This document shows, piece by piece, positions 13,001 to 24,795 of a stretch of 64,000 nt of DNA (positions within the stretch are counted from its first letter, which is position 1; each line of letters begins with the position of its first letter). The notes beneath the pieces are model-generated. The model was not told where the DNA came from and searched no databases. It saw nothing but the letters and a program-made list of their open reading frames with translations. This stretch comes from Azolla caroliniana (taxonomy: Eukaryota; Plantae; Polypodiophyta), in assembly GCA_043228905.1 (NCBI GenBank), contig JBHGNT010000010.1, positions 868,001 through 932,000 on the forward strand. Reading direction: 5' to 3'. A program made the position numbers and the translations under genes.

Positions 13001-16000
13001 CTACTGATGCTATGAAGTAAATGATAATTGAGGATAGATTACTAGAGGCACTAAGGATGCAGTAGCAAGATGCCAAAATGTCAAATTTGGAATATTACAT
13101 TGCGCATAGTAACCCCCAATGTTGGCCTCAATACAATGCCAGAATGTATCCAATTCAGCGCACTACCCTCATGAGCATTGGCTCTCGGAGAGCCTTAATA
13201 CTTCTTCAAACTCGGTCACACGAGTTAGGTGTTGAGGTAGCATGATTGCATCATTGCTCAAATATCCAATGATGAAGACATGCAAGGTATGCAATGAAAA
13301 CCTAATGGAGGATGAATATCGTTTATCGCAGCATATAAGGTAATTCACGAGAAATATGATGACTTATGTGATTGTCATACTCAAATTTTGACCAAGAAAG
13401 GTGAGCACATATGTGCGTGCTTTATTTTCACATCAAGAGTTTTTACTACAGAGTAGTAACCCCCCTTCTTAGGAAGAAGTCACATACATGATGGTATGTT
13501 GATTTGGTTCCATAGGTTAAAAATTGGCCTCATCATGCATGGATGATAAAAATATCTATTCTATTCTGTTCTGATGTCACTAGCATGTGGTTACAGTGTA
13601 TAATTTGCTATACGAGGAACTTCTTCACCTCAAATAGTGCAGATTTGATCACATTGTCTGCATTTTCTGCCTCCTCAAAAATCTTAAGTGTTGGTTAATA
13701 TCATGTTAATCATAGGTGTGAAGGTTGATTTAATATTATGTGCTTTGACATATGAACATATTATATATAATAAAGATTTTGCATATAATATAAGTTTAAC
13801 TTATATGCTTGACTTATTCTAGGTTGGTTCAATTCTAACAGTAAAGCTTCAAGCTGGTGATAACTCCGGGAACGTTTTCAATGATTCCCAGGTGAATTCT
13901 TCATAGTATTTGTGGAGAAAAATAAAATGCCATCTTTGAAAGAAATTTGTGGACATTTTTTAGTTGAAGTGTCATCTGAATGTCTGCCTTTTTCTTTGAA
14001 ATCTGAAGTTGGAGTTGATGGAATTCAATGTGCACATCAAGGACGAGATATTAGAGCTTTTATTTAAGAACAGTGTAGATCAAGTTGGAGGGGAAAAAGT
14101 TTATGGATCAGAATTCACTATACGAGGTGCTAATGTTGGTGTCACTGACTTGTATGTAAGTATCATTTTGGTAAACAAACATTCTGTTCTCACAGTTATC
14201 AGAAATCAAAATGTATTATAATTAAAAACTAGCATAGTAGATGGTGCATTGCATATTGTAATGTGTAGAAATTTGTCTCTGTGGAAAACAAAACCTAAGA
14301 GAGTAGTTATATGAGGATGGTTCGTGTGGTGTATATGGTAGAGCAGGAGATGGCTTTATGGCCAAGGAAAGTATTGCCATAAGGAAGCTGCTTGTCATTT
14401 CGCATTTATAATGTGCTGCATATCGTGATGAAATATAAGAAATATACATTGTGTAGAGTTTAGACATGGCCAGGCATTTGAACTTGAATTTGCTATTCTC
14501 TGTTCTTTGTTTTCTCCAAGGTGGGAGGAATTGTGATAAACTCCAGCTGTTATAAAGGTTGCACAAAATGTTACCTGGCCCAGTAACTATCATTCTGTAG
14601 TTCTGGCATCTCAAAAAGCATGCCAGGAATTTAAGTTGTAGTTGTGCAGTCATCTATGCCAACTGTAGATATAATTGTGCAAGTTTAGATTGTTTCTATA
14701 CCTAAAACTTGCAACAATTGTTTTAAAATTGCTATTCAACTATTCATGATAACCGAAAACCAATGAGCTATGCAAAGTCTAACATATAGAACAGCACACA
14801 AAGTCCTGAAGCAACTTTTATTAACAAAATGCAAAAGAAGTTCTCACAAAATCTGATGGTAAAAAATAGCAAAGAGAATTGACTGTTTTTCTTGATTGTG
14901 GTATGCAGGTAAGTGCAGGCCAAAGCTACGGTCATGATATAGTCAGCGAGCTTCTAAAAGTGGAAGTGTATCAACCACTTTCTATTCAACCCAAAGGGCT
15001 TGTGCTTACACCAGGATCACACTATGTGGTACATTTTTAGTCGTGTTTTTTGGGTGGTTTTGTCTATGAATTCCGGCTTCTTATAATGGTTAATTTACTA
15101 CAACCATAGAATGGAAGGAAATAGGTTGTCTGAACAGAATGAAAAGTGTGGCGTGGTTGATAATTAGATAGAAATCAATCCATTTCAGTGCTATCAGAAG
15201 TAGATATCTTCCATACCTTTTGTATTTCTTAGTATTGTCTGAGGTTGGGGTGGGTCTTATCCCTCTGAAGTAGCCGAAGGATTCTGTGAAGTTGTGGTGG
15301 GTCTCATAACATCTCCTTGAGGTTTGAAAGTTGATTGGTAAGATGTTATCCAGGCATTGATTTAGCCAACTAACATCTCACAAATGCTTGGAGCAGCCCA
15401 GATTTTTGAAGTAGTGAATGAATGGTTTACTGCATCCATTACATGTGCAAATTACTCTATTTGTGGTGGTTTCCTCTCTTATTTCCAAGTTGTGGTTTCT
15501 TTCTGATTAGTTGTTGCAGGTTGGCAAGTTTCTTAACAAACTAGATCTGTGTGAATATGTAATGCTAACAATTCCTCTGCCGAATATGTGAATTAACATC
15601 AGATCCATGTTCACTTTGTTGTAATGAGCTTTGTCTTTTATTGTCATCTTGGTATCATAAGGCTCAGATTTAACCAGAGTATCTTTATACTGCTATATCC
15701 TTTGACTTCATGACATCTGCGTTCTCATGTGTGAACAACAAATCTTTTGCTTGAGTTCTGAGATCGACAATATAAAATTTTTGGAATTTTGCATTTATTT
15801 TCCAGGTTAACGTTCATGGCGGTCCAAGTTTTGGCACATCAATAAAATTTCTTAGCTCTAATGACACAATTGCCTCGGTTGAAAAGTCACTCGGCATGGT
15901 TACTGCTAATTTTCCAGGAACCCTTGTAATGTCCATGTTCCCATATTTTATTGTAATATGCTTTTGAGAAAATGTGTCACAGTTACATTGTTGAGGTGAA

Positions 16001-19000
16001 CTTTGAGAAAAGTTAACTTGTATGTTAAATTTGCAGTTTGTTTACGCCGAAGCCACGACACAAAGTGGGATAGTTATATGCAAAGCCACATTGGAAGTGA
16101 GTATCCATGTTCCAACTGCAATGACTTTGAATGTTCGAGGAGGACAAATTGCAGTAGGACGGAAATTGTCTGTCTTTCCAATGGGTATAAAGGTCGATCT
16201 CAGATTTTTATTATGTTTTTGCAAGTCTTAGTTAAGTTGGCTATTGGTTGTATAGAAATCACTTACATACGAAATGTCTTTTGCTATTTAATAGACTAGA
16301 AACAAAATGTTTCTGGACATAGCTTTTCATCTTTTGCTAAAAACATTTAATAACCAAATAGCCAAGCTCGTATACTGATGAAGTTATTCTTTCTTAATTG
16401 TGTAGGAGGACGTATTTTCATTCTATGAGCTTTGTGGGAACTACAGATGGAGAGTTGAAGATCCAGAGGTAGTATTTTGTACAGTTCATATTCTGGTTAG
16501 AAAAAATGTATTACTGTGTCCTGTTTCTGTCATGACTATATTTTTTCGGAAGTCTGAAAATGATCTGAATTACTGTTAAGTTTGGACATTCAATTTGACA
16601 TTCATATGTCAAACCTTTGAATTCAGATGTATGATTGTGGTTAAGCCTCGGTACACTTGGATTTCATTACATTAAAATGTCTTTTATGACAGTATTTCAC
16701 CATTTATTATGGAATCTGCATTCCATCAAGATGACCTCGTTGCATATGATGACTTTCATAATGTGTAACTTATTGAGGTTATGCAGGTTTCTGGAGCCTT
16801 GCGCTAATTTGCTGTTCTTACAACCACCCATCAGACTACGGTTGTTCAATACATTGGTTACACCCTCTTGCGTGAAGCAAAGATATGGGGAATAAGTCTC
16901 CCAATGCAAAAGGATGGAGAAACATTGCAAAGCCACTAGTTCTGCTGCTTGCCCATATGATTAGGAGCAAAACATCAGCACCATATGAGATAAACCAGGC
17001 AGAGTTGATACAGCCATAATAGTCACCGAGAGATATGTTAAAGCTTAGACTTCTATGTAGTTTGTAAGTGAGCTGACTTGGTATACCTACTGATGGTTTG
17101 CCCTTGCCTCATCTGAACAACCGCCATACAGGAACAGTCTGTTTTTATAAATGAAAGATTGGGTCCACATACTTTACATGGATATAGAAGCACAGCCACC
17201 ATTTGAGTATTATAATCTTCACTACCCAGTTTAGCACAATTCCTTGCTTAGGTATGGAAACAGCATTGCTTAGCACTATTCCTTTACAGTGATATGTACA
17301 ATTAGGAATACTTGTAGGCAAGCGAAAGGATCGTGTCCAGATTGCAGTAGCACTATTCCTAAACTGACAATAGATAGTGTCATTGATCTTTTCGATGGAC
17401 ACCATCCATGCCCATCTGAACCACGTGTGAGAACAGTTGTGATCAGGCACAGCTCTTGATCAATACTGAGTACTGTGGATTATATTCAGCCTGAATTTTA
17501 TTTGATTTGATTTTACATTTCTGGTTAATTGGTTTGAGAATATCATATAGCTGCAGAAATACCATGCAGTAGATGATGGAGAAGCCTGTCTCATGGCACT
17601 TTGGCCATATCTTGGTGAAGCTTCAAAAGCATAGGGATTTAATCCTTCGATTACTACGTGGAATGCAACAGAAATTTGTTTCTTCTGGACTAGAACTTAG
17701 ACTAGAACTTAGTCACAAACACATTCGTACTCCTTACTGGAGTACAATCCGAAGGTGTGGTCGGAGGTATGGTAATAACGCGCGTATTCAATCAACAACA
17801 CACCATAATACACGCATAAGATTAGACATTCAAGTACACGAGACAGCAATCACACAGATCTTCCAATTATAATATATTACTTGTGTATCCAGGCTCCTTA
17901 TATAGGTAGCATGTTCTGATACAAAACGGTGTTCATCTGTCACCCCTTAACATAATAACTCTTCTAATCTATTTGTATTGCAACGCTTTGCTTCTACTAA
18001 TATTTCTAATTACTACATATCCTCTAATATTCATCCCACTTCTGGGTTCATACTGTATCCGATTCACATTGCTTCTGGATTCCGGTTCCCCCCGACTTCC
18101 TTCCAGCAACCAAATTGTACATCACTGATGTCTTGCTTTTAGTAAACGTAGAGTTTTTATTGTTGTCTATGGATAACCTAGATTCAGCCATATATATATA
18201 TAGTAGGGATGCCGCCCAATGCTCTGAGAAAATGAGGAATGATCAGGGTAGGTTCGCAGCGAAGAAACTGTGTCTGTATATAGGGAATGCCGTATGTGAG
18301 AAAGCAAGAAATCCCTGCTGTCAGTAGCACTATAATAAGGATGCTTGATGTGAATGTATGAAATCCAGAGGAGGAGATGCCTGCTGATGCTTGCGCATAA
18401 TGAACACTTGATTCAGAGGAACTAAGAAAGTATGCAGTCATCGTTGCCGGAAGAAGATACAACCTAGTATCCCGATTAAGCTAGTAAGAGCTGATTTTTT
18501 CCATTAAAGTGCTTTTCCAATAGTTTAGAAGATACCTTGGGGACCAGAAAAAAAAACTCATTTGTATAAATTGTGAGTGTGTGAAGATAATCTTTATTTG
18601 TCATCCTGGTTGATCAAATATATATATATATATATATAATATGTATTTCATCCTCTGTCTGGATGTACTCTCAAATTAGATACAATGTCAGGTGAATATG
18701 ATTAATGTCTATAGAATGCGAAATGTTTATATCTAGAAATATATTCCATTTACAATTATATCATGTTTTTACTTTATGATTGCATGTTCACATCATGTTT
18801 CATTGTCTGCTTACTTGTGTAATTCATGTCTGCTGATATTTTTATTGGTTCTTTGTGGGATGCAATCAGGTTTTGAGTTTGTGCACTACAGACGATCTGA
18901 AAGAAGGGGAGAATAAAGAAATTGTCTCTACTGCTACCCCAAATAGACATGTTGAAAATTATGTTGATGCAAAGTTTTCTGCTGTAGTTTTTGGGAAGTA

Positions 19001-22000
19001 AGTGCTTCTGATGCAATTTTTTGTCTGCTGTTAATTAACTGTCAAAAATTATTATTGTTTAATCAAGGTGTATTTTTCAATGTTTATACATGTGCTTGAA
19101 GTTCTAAGGTGATGTCTTTCAGGTCTGCGGGGAAAACAGATGTCAATTTGGAGTTTTCATGCCATTTTCATTCAAATCTAGGTTACTCAAGCACACATTT
19201 TTACATTGCAAAAGGTACTCTTCAGGTTATTCCTGATCCACCGTTGGCTCTGGGAATGTGTGCAACATGGTTATTACCCCCAAGCTACAGGACATCAAGC
19301 TTATTACGCCAGTCGACTGAAGCAGGTTTAGAGAGCACGAGCATGACAAAACGGAACATTGTCTATTCCATGTTACAGGTTGGGGCGAGGAAAATTTGGA
19401 TGGAGATAGTACTGAATAGGCGTTAATAGACTTGTTTTTTGTAGGATAGCAACAGAGACCCGATGAGTATCTCTCTTGATGGGGCACATATCAGGACATC
19501 AGAAAGGAAGGATTTAGCATGCATCCAAGCCAGGGATCGAAGAACTGGACGAACAGAAATAGCTATCTGCATAAGAGTTGCAGAGGTGGGCTTAGAAAAC
19601 ACTAGTACATACATTAATCTTCTGTTGATTTGTACTTTGGAAAACCAGTTTATGTGATGAAAAATGGAGTTTCAATTTCTCTTTTCTTTTCTCACAAGTT
19701 TCATTTCAATTACACTTTCTAGAGATTTGTACACTAATCATGTTCCCTTAGTCAAATGTTTTAGATGCATCTCTTTTTTGTCCTGAAAATTTAGGATAAG
19801 TACAAAGAGCAGGTCTATATACAAATTGGAAGTGATGTGTAGTTTTATGAATGGGGTCAGGATATGCATGGTTCTCTTATGATGGTGTTAAAACTTTAGT
19901 ATAATCACAGAGAATGATTCCCTTAGTATTGTAAAGGGGTTTAGAATATGCATGATTCCCTTTAATGCCCTTCAACTGCCATTATGACTCTACTTATTTA
20001 CCACTGGCAGGTCTCTCAAATTATTATCGGGGATATAGAGACTTCCATTCGCAGGATGGTAATGTCAGTCGGAGCACATCAATATTGTTCTGTTACGCTC
20101 CAAGATGAAGTTGGTAAGATTTTCTCTTACAATATAAATATGATTATTGTAGTGCACATAGTAAATGCAAACAATATAAATATGGCAAAAATCAAACTGT
20201 ATCTATGAATATGCTTATTAGTCAATGGTGCTTCTTTAGGGGAGGTAAATGTAAAAAGCTTCTATGAATGCCTGTGAATTGCTTGAATGACTTATTGAGC
20301 TGCGTTACTGTCTTGAGATTTTCTCTTCTGAAAAGTGATATGGATCTTATTATTCTAGTCATTGTAAGGAAAAACTATGAACAGTATTGCCAGGAATAAC
20401 ATTTTTAGCCCTTTTAACCAATCAATTCCACCCGATGGACTTTCCATGGGTCTCATTCTATCAACGGGTTTTGTTATGACTTCAGCGACTTCGGCAGCTT
20501 GGCCAATAACACGCCAGCCATACGGCGGTGAATCCGTTCCCAGGCCTTGTACACACCGCCCATCACACAAAGGATTAAATTATTCATATAAACATAGAAA
20601 AACTGGCTAATTTGGCTGTATCACCTACTTATCAGTCAGGTTGGCTGCTAACTAATAAGTAAAACATGATTAACCATAATTTGAGGTTGCCGATTGCCAA
20701 TTGAATTCTTTCCTGAATTTTGTCTTTCCATTCGAAAATCAAAACTATATGCTACGTGTGACGGCCGCTGTATATAACTGTGAGGCTTTTGTAATACATT
20801 AATTAATGGGTCAATAGGAGTATTTTATGTCATTGGTGCATGGGCCTCAACTAAAACTACACAATAATTGGAGGCTTACCTCATAGGTCTCTAACTGCTT
20901 ACAAACATTCGACTGTATATTCTCTTCTGTATGTAGGACTTCCATTTTTTGAAGTTGGTGATGCCATTCACTTGGTAGCTGAAACCAACCGTATAGATGT
21001 GATTTCGATCAAAGTGTTGGTTGAATATGATGACGAGCATGCAAGGAATGCAACAATTCTCATTCAAGTAAGATCTGCTCGGGGTTTGGGTTTATTAGTG
21101 CTATAGATATATATACAGAATGATAGCATTATCAAAATTAATGATTAATTGACAAATAATTAATCTTAAGTTTAAATCAGTTTATTTAATTTCATTCATG
21201 AAAATCCATCAGCAATTTTTTGCAAATATTAATGGTTGTTTTTCTTAGTATATGTCTTCATGAGCAGGAAAACAATTAATTTTGAGGCATTCCTTAATTT
21301 TTCCATGTTATTGTCCTACTCTTTTCGGAACTTTTTGTTTGCTTTAACTTGCAGGCTTTGAGACAAGGAACAGCCATGGTTAGAATATCACTGATGGGAA
21401 ATCCTGCAGTAGCTGACTATATTCTGGTATGTATTTCAAGCAATTAAATGCAAGTATTGTAAGTGATTGATGAAAGAAATATTTGTACATGCTGCCCAGT
21501 TTATTTAATAATGTACTAAATGTCCAAGAATCTGCTTAGTATCAGGTTAGCCTTGAGTACTGAGGTAACAAAGTTGGAATTTCATGCAGAGAGGCAAACA
21601 TATAGCCTCTCTGGTGGTAGATCTGAGTGTGAATGAAGTGAATTGCAGACACACATATCCTTATCCTTCACATGCCTGTTTGTAATGCAGCCCATGTGTG
21701 TTGGAAGCATGGATGCATTTATTATACGGCCAACCTGTATTTGTAACTGTTTATGGTATCACAAAGTTGATTCCAGCAGTCTCTCATCTTAAACAGGCAG
21801 GCAAGTAGTCGGTATGTGATCGGTTGTGAATCATCTGGTTATCACTCTAGTGATCAACCAATGGGAGACCAAATGTATGTTGTCATAGTGTATGTTGTTC
21901 AACCAAGCACTTGTTCCCCTGGTGTAATTAGAGTGAAAGAAAATGTCAATGACAACTTTGGAAAATTAGTCAATATAAAGCCACTTGGAAGCTAATTTGA

Positions 22001-24497
22001 GAGAATAATGTTTTAAGAGGACAGAATCACTCCACTCAAGGTGATGCAATTAAACCATTGCTCACTACTAAAGGTTCCAGGGAAGTAGCTGAGGATAATT
22101 ATTGCTGAAATATCATGCATTTGGCTAAGAGTACTTTGTTAGCTGCTGAGAGCCCAAATCTCAGGTTTTTGTTGTTAGTAAACTGGGTTAGAAGTACTTT
22201 GCTGCTGGGATAGTTACAATCTATGCTGAAAGTAATAGAAACATGTTAATTAAGTAATTCTTCACTTGCTGTTTATCAGGTTCATGTTGGAACTTTCATT
22301 ATTCCACGAAATCCGACACTACATATTGGTGGATATGTAAACTTTTCTGTAGCAGCAAAAAGTAAGTTGCCAAATGATTATCTGTCCTGTTTCTGAAATT
22401 TCATCTAGTTTCATGAAATGACATCACTTTAGCAGGACATGTCACAGATAATGGGCATTGGTTAAGCAGCAATGCAGATGTGATTCAAATTAACGAGCAT
22501 TCTGGTGAAGCGCATGCGGTGGGTCCTGGATCAGCAGTGGGTAAGAGTAAAACATACATTTTGCTTTACTGTGATTTCAGATCACTAATGTTGGGTAAGT
22601 CAAGAAACTTACTAATCTGAGGCACTTGCAGTGAGCTATGACAGTTCTTATTTGACTGCATATACAACTGCAAATGTAGTTCAGATCACGTCTATTTTCC
22701 TGAAGGCACCAAGTGAGCAACTGACTAATGTTCAGGTTCCAGAGAATGGTTATCGTTTTCCTGTCAAGTTCAGGTGGTACACTTACCAAATCCACTGTTT
22801 CAAATATTCGTATGCATGATTCGGTGGTTTATGTTTTATGATATCGGATCTGTGTATAGTGATCTCCATGGTCAAGACATAGGGGCTTTTGCTACTGATC
22901 AGAAGATTTTATACAGTTGCCATGTGGATCCACCATATATTGGGTTAGACAATTCTTCTACATGAGAATGCTGTTATGTTTGGCAAGATGCATGCTTTTG
23001 CATCATATTAACGTACGAAATTGACCAGGCGCCCCCTAGCATTCCGTGATCCAGCAGATGGGAAGTCTTATTGTGTCCTTCAGCCCTACTCTCCCGAAAG
23101 GCTATTCTTGACTTTACAAGGTCTTGCTGAGGAGGCGGGAACTGGTGTGGTTGTTGGTGATGCTAAAGGCTGTTTGACCATAAAGATCACAGCAGCAGTC
23201 CAAGGGATGCCGGATATTGGCTCTGTAATGACCCCCTTTGCTGGAGGTTTCCAAATACGTGACAAACGTGCAAAGGTGATATTCTTTTAGCTACTAAATG
23301 GTCGTGGAAATCTGAAATCTGAAATATTTGAATTGGTTATGACAGGCTTTGCTTGAATCTTAAATTTTCTGAACATATAGAAAGAATATAGAACAATCCC
23401 AAAGATACTAACTCCCCTCATACAGTTGTATGGATGTCTATAATCAGTTTCCTGTATTAACTTCAACATTGAGAAATGAAAGTCCATAAAATGATGAAAT
23501 GATACATGAGAACCTTCCCGACATTTCTAGGAAACCCTCCAGATCTTGGAGGTCATGCATTTTTCTATTGACACCCCTTTCTTGCCATCAGGTTCTGTTA
23601 ACTCCAGCAGCCAATAAGACAAAAGTGACCGTGGTTGGAAGTGCAGGTATTCTCTTTGGCTATTATTTTCTTGATTCTTCCATTTTCTGCAGATGTTGAA
23701 TATCTTTTTTGGTAATGTGCAATGTCATTAACATGTTTTAATGTATAGGTGCTGTTCTTGTATCTTGGTCAAGAAATGACCTCTTGAATGTTACAAGAAT
23801 CAGTAGTGACAGAGATGCTTATGGCTTTGGTGGTTACGCAATTTTTGAGGTGATATGCTGTCACAAGAGCCACAAAGCTCAAGTTTTCAGTTGCATTAAA
23901 AAAAATTCCTTTTATTTATATTGACCTACTTAAATAATAATTTTTCTCCTCATCTGTTCGATTGCAGGTATCTGTAATTAACGGAGATTCGCCATTTATT
24001 TCCAATTTAGTATTCAGACTCCCCACTACTGGTATGTGAAACTCTTAACATGAGTACTTATCATGCATTTTCCCTGCAGTGATTATGAATAACAAGGTTT
24101 GTCTGCAATAGGGGAAATAGAAGAGATCCTAGTTGAATATGATTTGAAAGATCTTCAATATGGAGGTTTAATGCGGCAAATTGTTACGGCTGTGATTGCT
24201 GCTGTTGTTCTTGGGATGCTTCCATTTGTAGTATGTGCACGAGTGTTTGATATCCCACGGAGGCGCCATCAGCAGCAGCATGATTCAGATAGTATTGATG
24301 GACAATATATGCAGTATGAGAGTCCTAGGAGTCCATCAGGAACCCTTACACCAAGTGGCTTTCCAAGTCCACAAACAATTTCTCTGAGTAGAAGCCCACC
24401 ACAACCATACACAGATTATGTAAGCAAGACCATTGATCACACACCTTATTTTCGTCGTGAAGGCTTACGCCGATTTGATCCATCAAGAACATATTGA
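1003..24497 (+). CDS. GP210: Nuclear pore complex transmembrane glycoprotein GP210/NUP210, multi-exon, 5'-partial (first exon(s) upstream of window)
   Basis: GT-AG exons read in order, e.g. 1003-1268 (LWDHHDLIHVEPEF...YTGRRATAVYARDTVTGQVIRCEVFIDKVSSIKISHHSLKLDLDGLATLRIHGFDVE), ~2068-2225 (NTFSSLVGIQISW), ~2582-2798, ~3024-3385, ~4729-5318 (GGPDRWGQG), ~6117-6241 (FYRGNLAG..HP), 11531-11589, 13823-13891, ~16408-16468 (FSFYELCGNYRW), ~19123-19378 (VIPDPPLALGMCATWLLPP), 20011-20113, ~24111-24497. The last exon has a single TM helix (IVTAVIAAVVLGMLPFVVC) and the tail SPPQPYTDYVSKTIDHTPYFRREGLRRFDPSRTY*. These match plant GP210 motifs as I recall them. Some internal exon boundaries are approximate. 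Confidence 0.95.
6847..7124. repeat. Near-perfect 138-bp tandem duplication in GP210 intron
   Basis: TGCATGACACCATCTTCCTGGAACAATG...CATGCTTACAAAA starts at 6854 and again at 6992, with only a few mismatches. Confidence 0.95.
9212..9513. repeat. ~130-bp direct repeat (period 172 bp) in GP210 intron
   Basis: ATCTATTGCAACCCC...GATGAGCTTGTGTGGTTGT at 9212-9341 and 9384-9513. Confidence 0.9.
10083..10916. repeat. Diverged ~100-bp direct repeats flanking a ~635-bp interval (possible TRIM/LTR relic)
   Basis: TGCCAAA.AGGCTAGCAGCAGCTTAAAG.TAAAC...TTAGTGAGGCTCAAA...AGTGGGTTT at ~10083-10182 and ~10818-10916. Confidence 0.7.
12560..13573 (+). mobile_element. Degenerate, internally deleted non-LTR retrotransposon (LINE) in GP210 intron
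   Basis: APE endonuclease motifs GYIPH...VVGDCNARV...ILNA..F...TC (12590-12870). C-terminal RSHELGVE...CKVC...EDEY zinc-knuckle region (~13200-13320). 3' tail TCTATTCTATTCTGTTCTG (~13555-13573). Confidence 0.75.
16700..17450 (-). mobile_element. Possible highly degenerate LINE endonuclease remnant in GP210 intron
   Basis: One minus frame with many stops reads VAVLLYP...CFAPNH...WVVVRTAN. The order resembles APE motifs GVAILL / NIYAPN / WIVGGDFN, but the match is weak. Confidence 0.3.
20379..20432 (-). pseudogene. rpoC2: NUPT fragment of plastid rpoC2
   Basis: Minus strand reads GGIDWLKGLK, then a small frameshifting deletion, then NVI(P)GNT. This matches the rpoC2 motif GRIDWLKGLKENVILG; CCT (Pro) sits at the conserved Leu (C-to-U editable). 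Confidence 0.75.
20434..20514 (+). pseudogene. ndhD: NUPT fragment of plastid ndhD (unedited)
   Basis: Reads DGLSMGLILSTGFVMTSATSAAWPITR versus the recalled ndhD motif [27 protein letters not shown]. The three Ser codons TCA(20461), TCA(20482) and TCG(20491) become Leu by C-to-U editing. Confidence 0.85.
20515..20568 (+). pseudogene. rrn16: NUPT fragment of plastid 16S rRNA (non-functional, 54 bp)
   Basis: CAGCCATACGGCGGTGAATCCGTTCCCAGGCCTTGTACACACCGCCCATCACAC matches the plastid-type 16S ~1390 region (…CCCGGGCCTTGTACACACCGCCCGTCACAC) with two G>A changes at CG sites. Confidence 0.9.
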
Positions 24498-24795
24498 GAA
24501 TGATGATTTGCTATGGAGACTACATTTTGTATGGAGCTGAAAATGATGTGTTTGCTTTTGCTTTAATTTCTTTATATTTTATTTGCAACAGTTACTCACA
24601 CCACAGCCACAGCCATTACACAGATTATGTAAGCAAAACCATTGATCACTCACCTTATTTTTGTTGTGAAGGTTTGCATGGTGTCGATCCATCAAGAACA
24701 TGTTGAGGATGATGATTTGCTATGGGCATTACATTTGTATAGAGCTGAAAATTATGAGTGTTTGCTTGCTTTAATACGTAAATGTTTTATTTGCA
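24398..24795 (+). repeat. Tandem duplication of the last ~30 codons plus proximal 3'UTR of GP210
   Basis: ACACAGATTATGTAAGCAA.ACCATTGATCAC...GATCCATCAAGAACAT.TTGAG.ATGATGATTTGCTATGG...TTTATTTGCA occurs at ~24398-24588 and ~24607-24795. Confidence 0.92.

Noticed and set aside
17689-18480. Possible solo LTR in GP210 intron (CG-richer, preceded by 12-bp tandem ACTAGAACTTAG)
   Set aside because: No TG...CA ends, TSD, PBS or PPT could be defined
20515-20568. Functional rRNA gene or bacterial contamination
   Set aside because: Only 54 bp, plastid-type sequence, mutated at invariant sites and embedded in a nuclear intron
20377-20610. 77-aa ORF (and antisense 20355-20570) as a novel small gene
   Set aside because: Chance read-through across fused plastid fragments inside an intron; no evidence of independent expression
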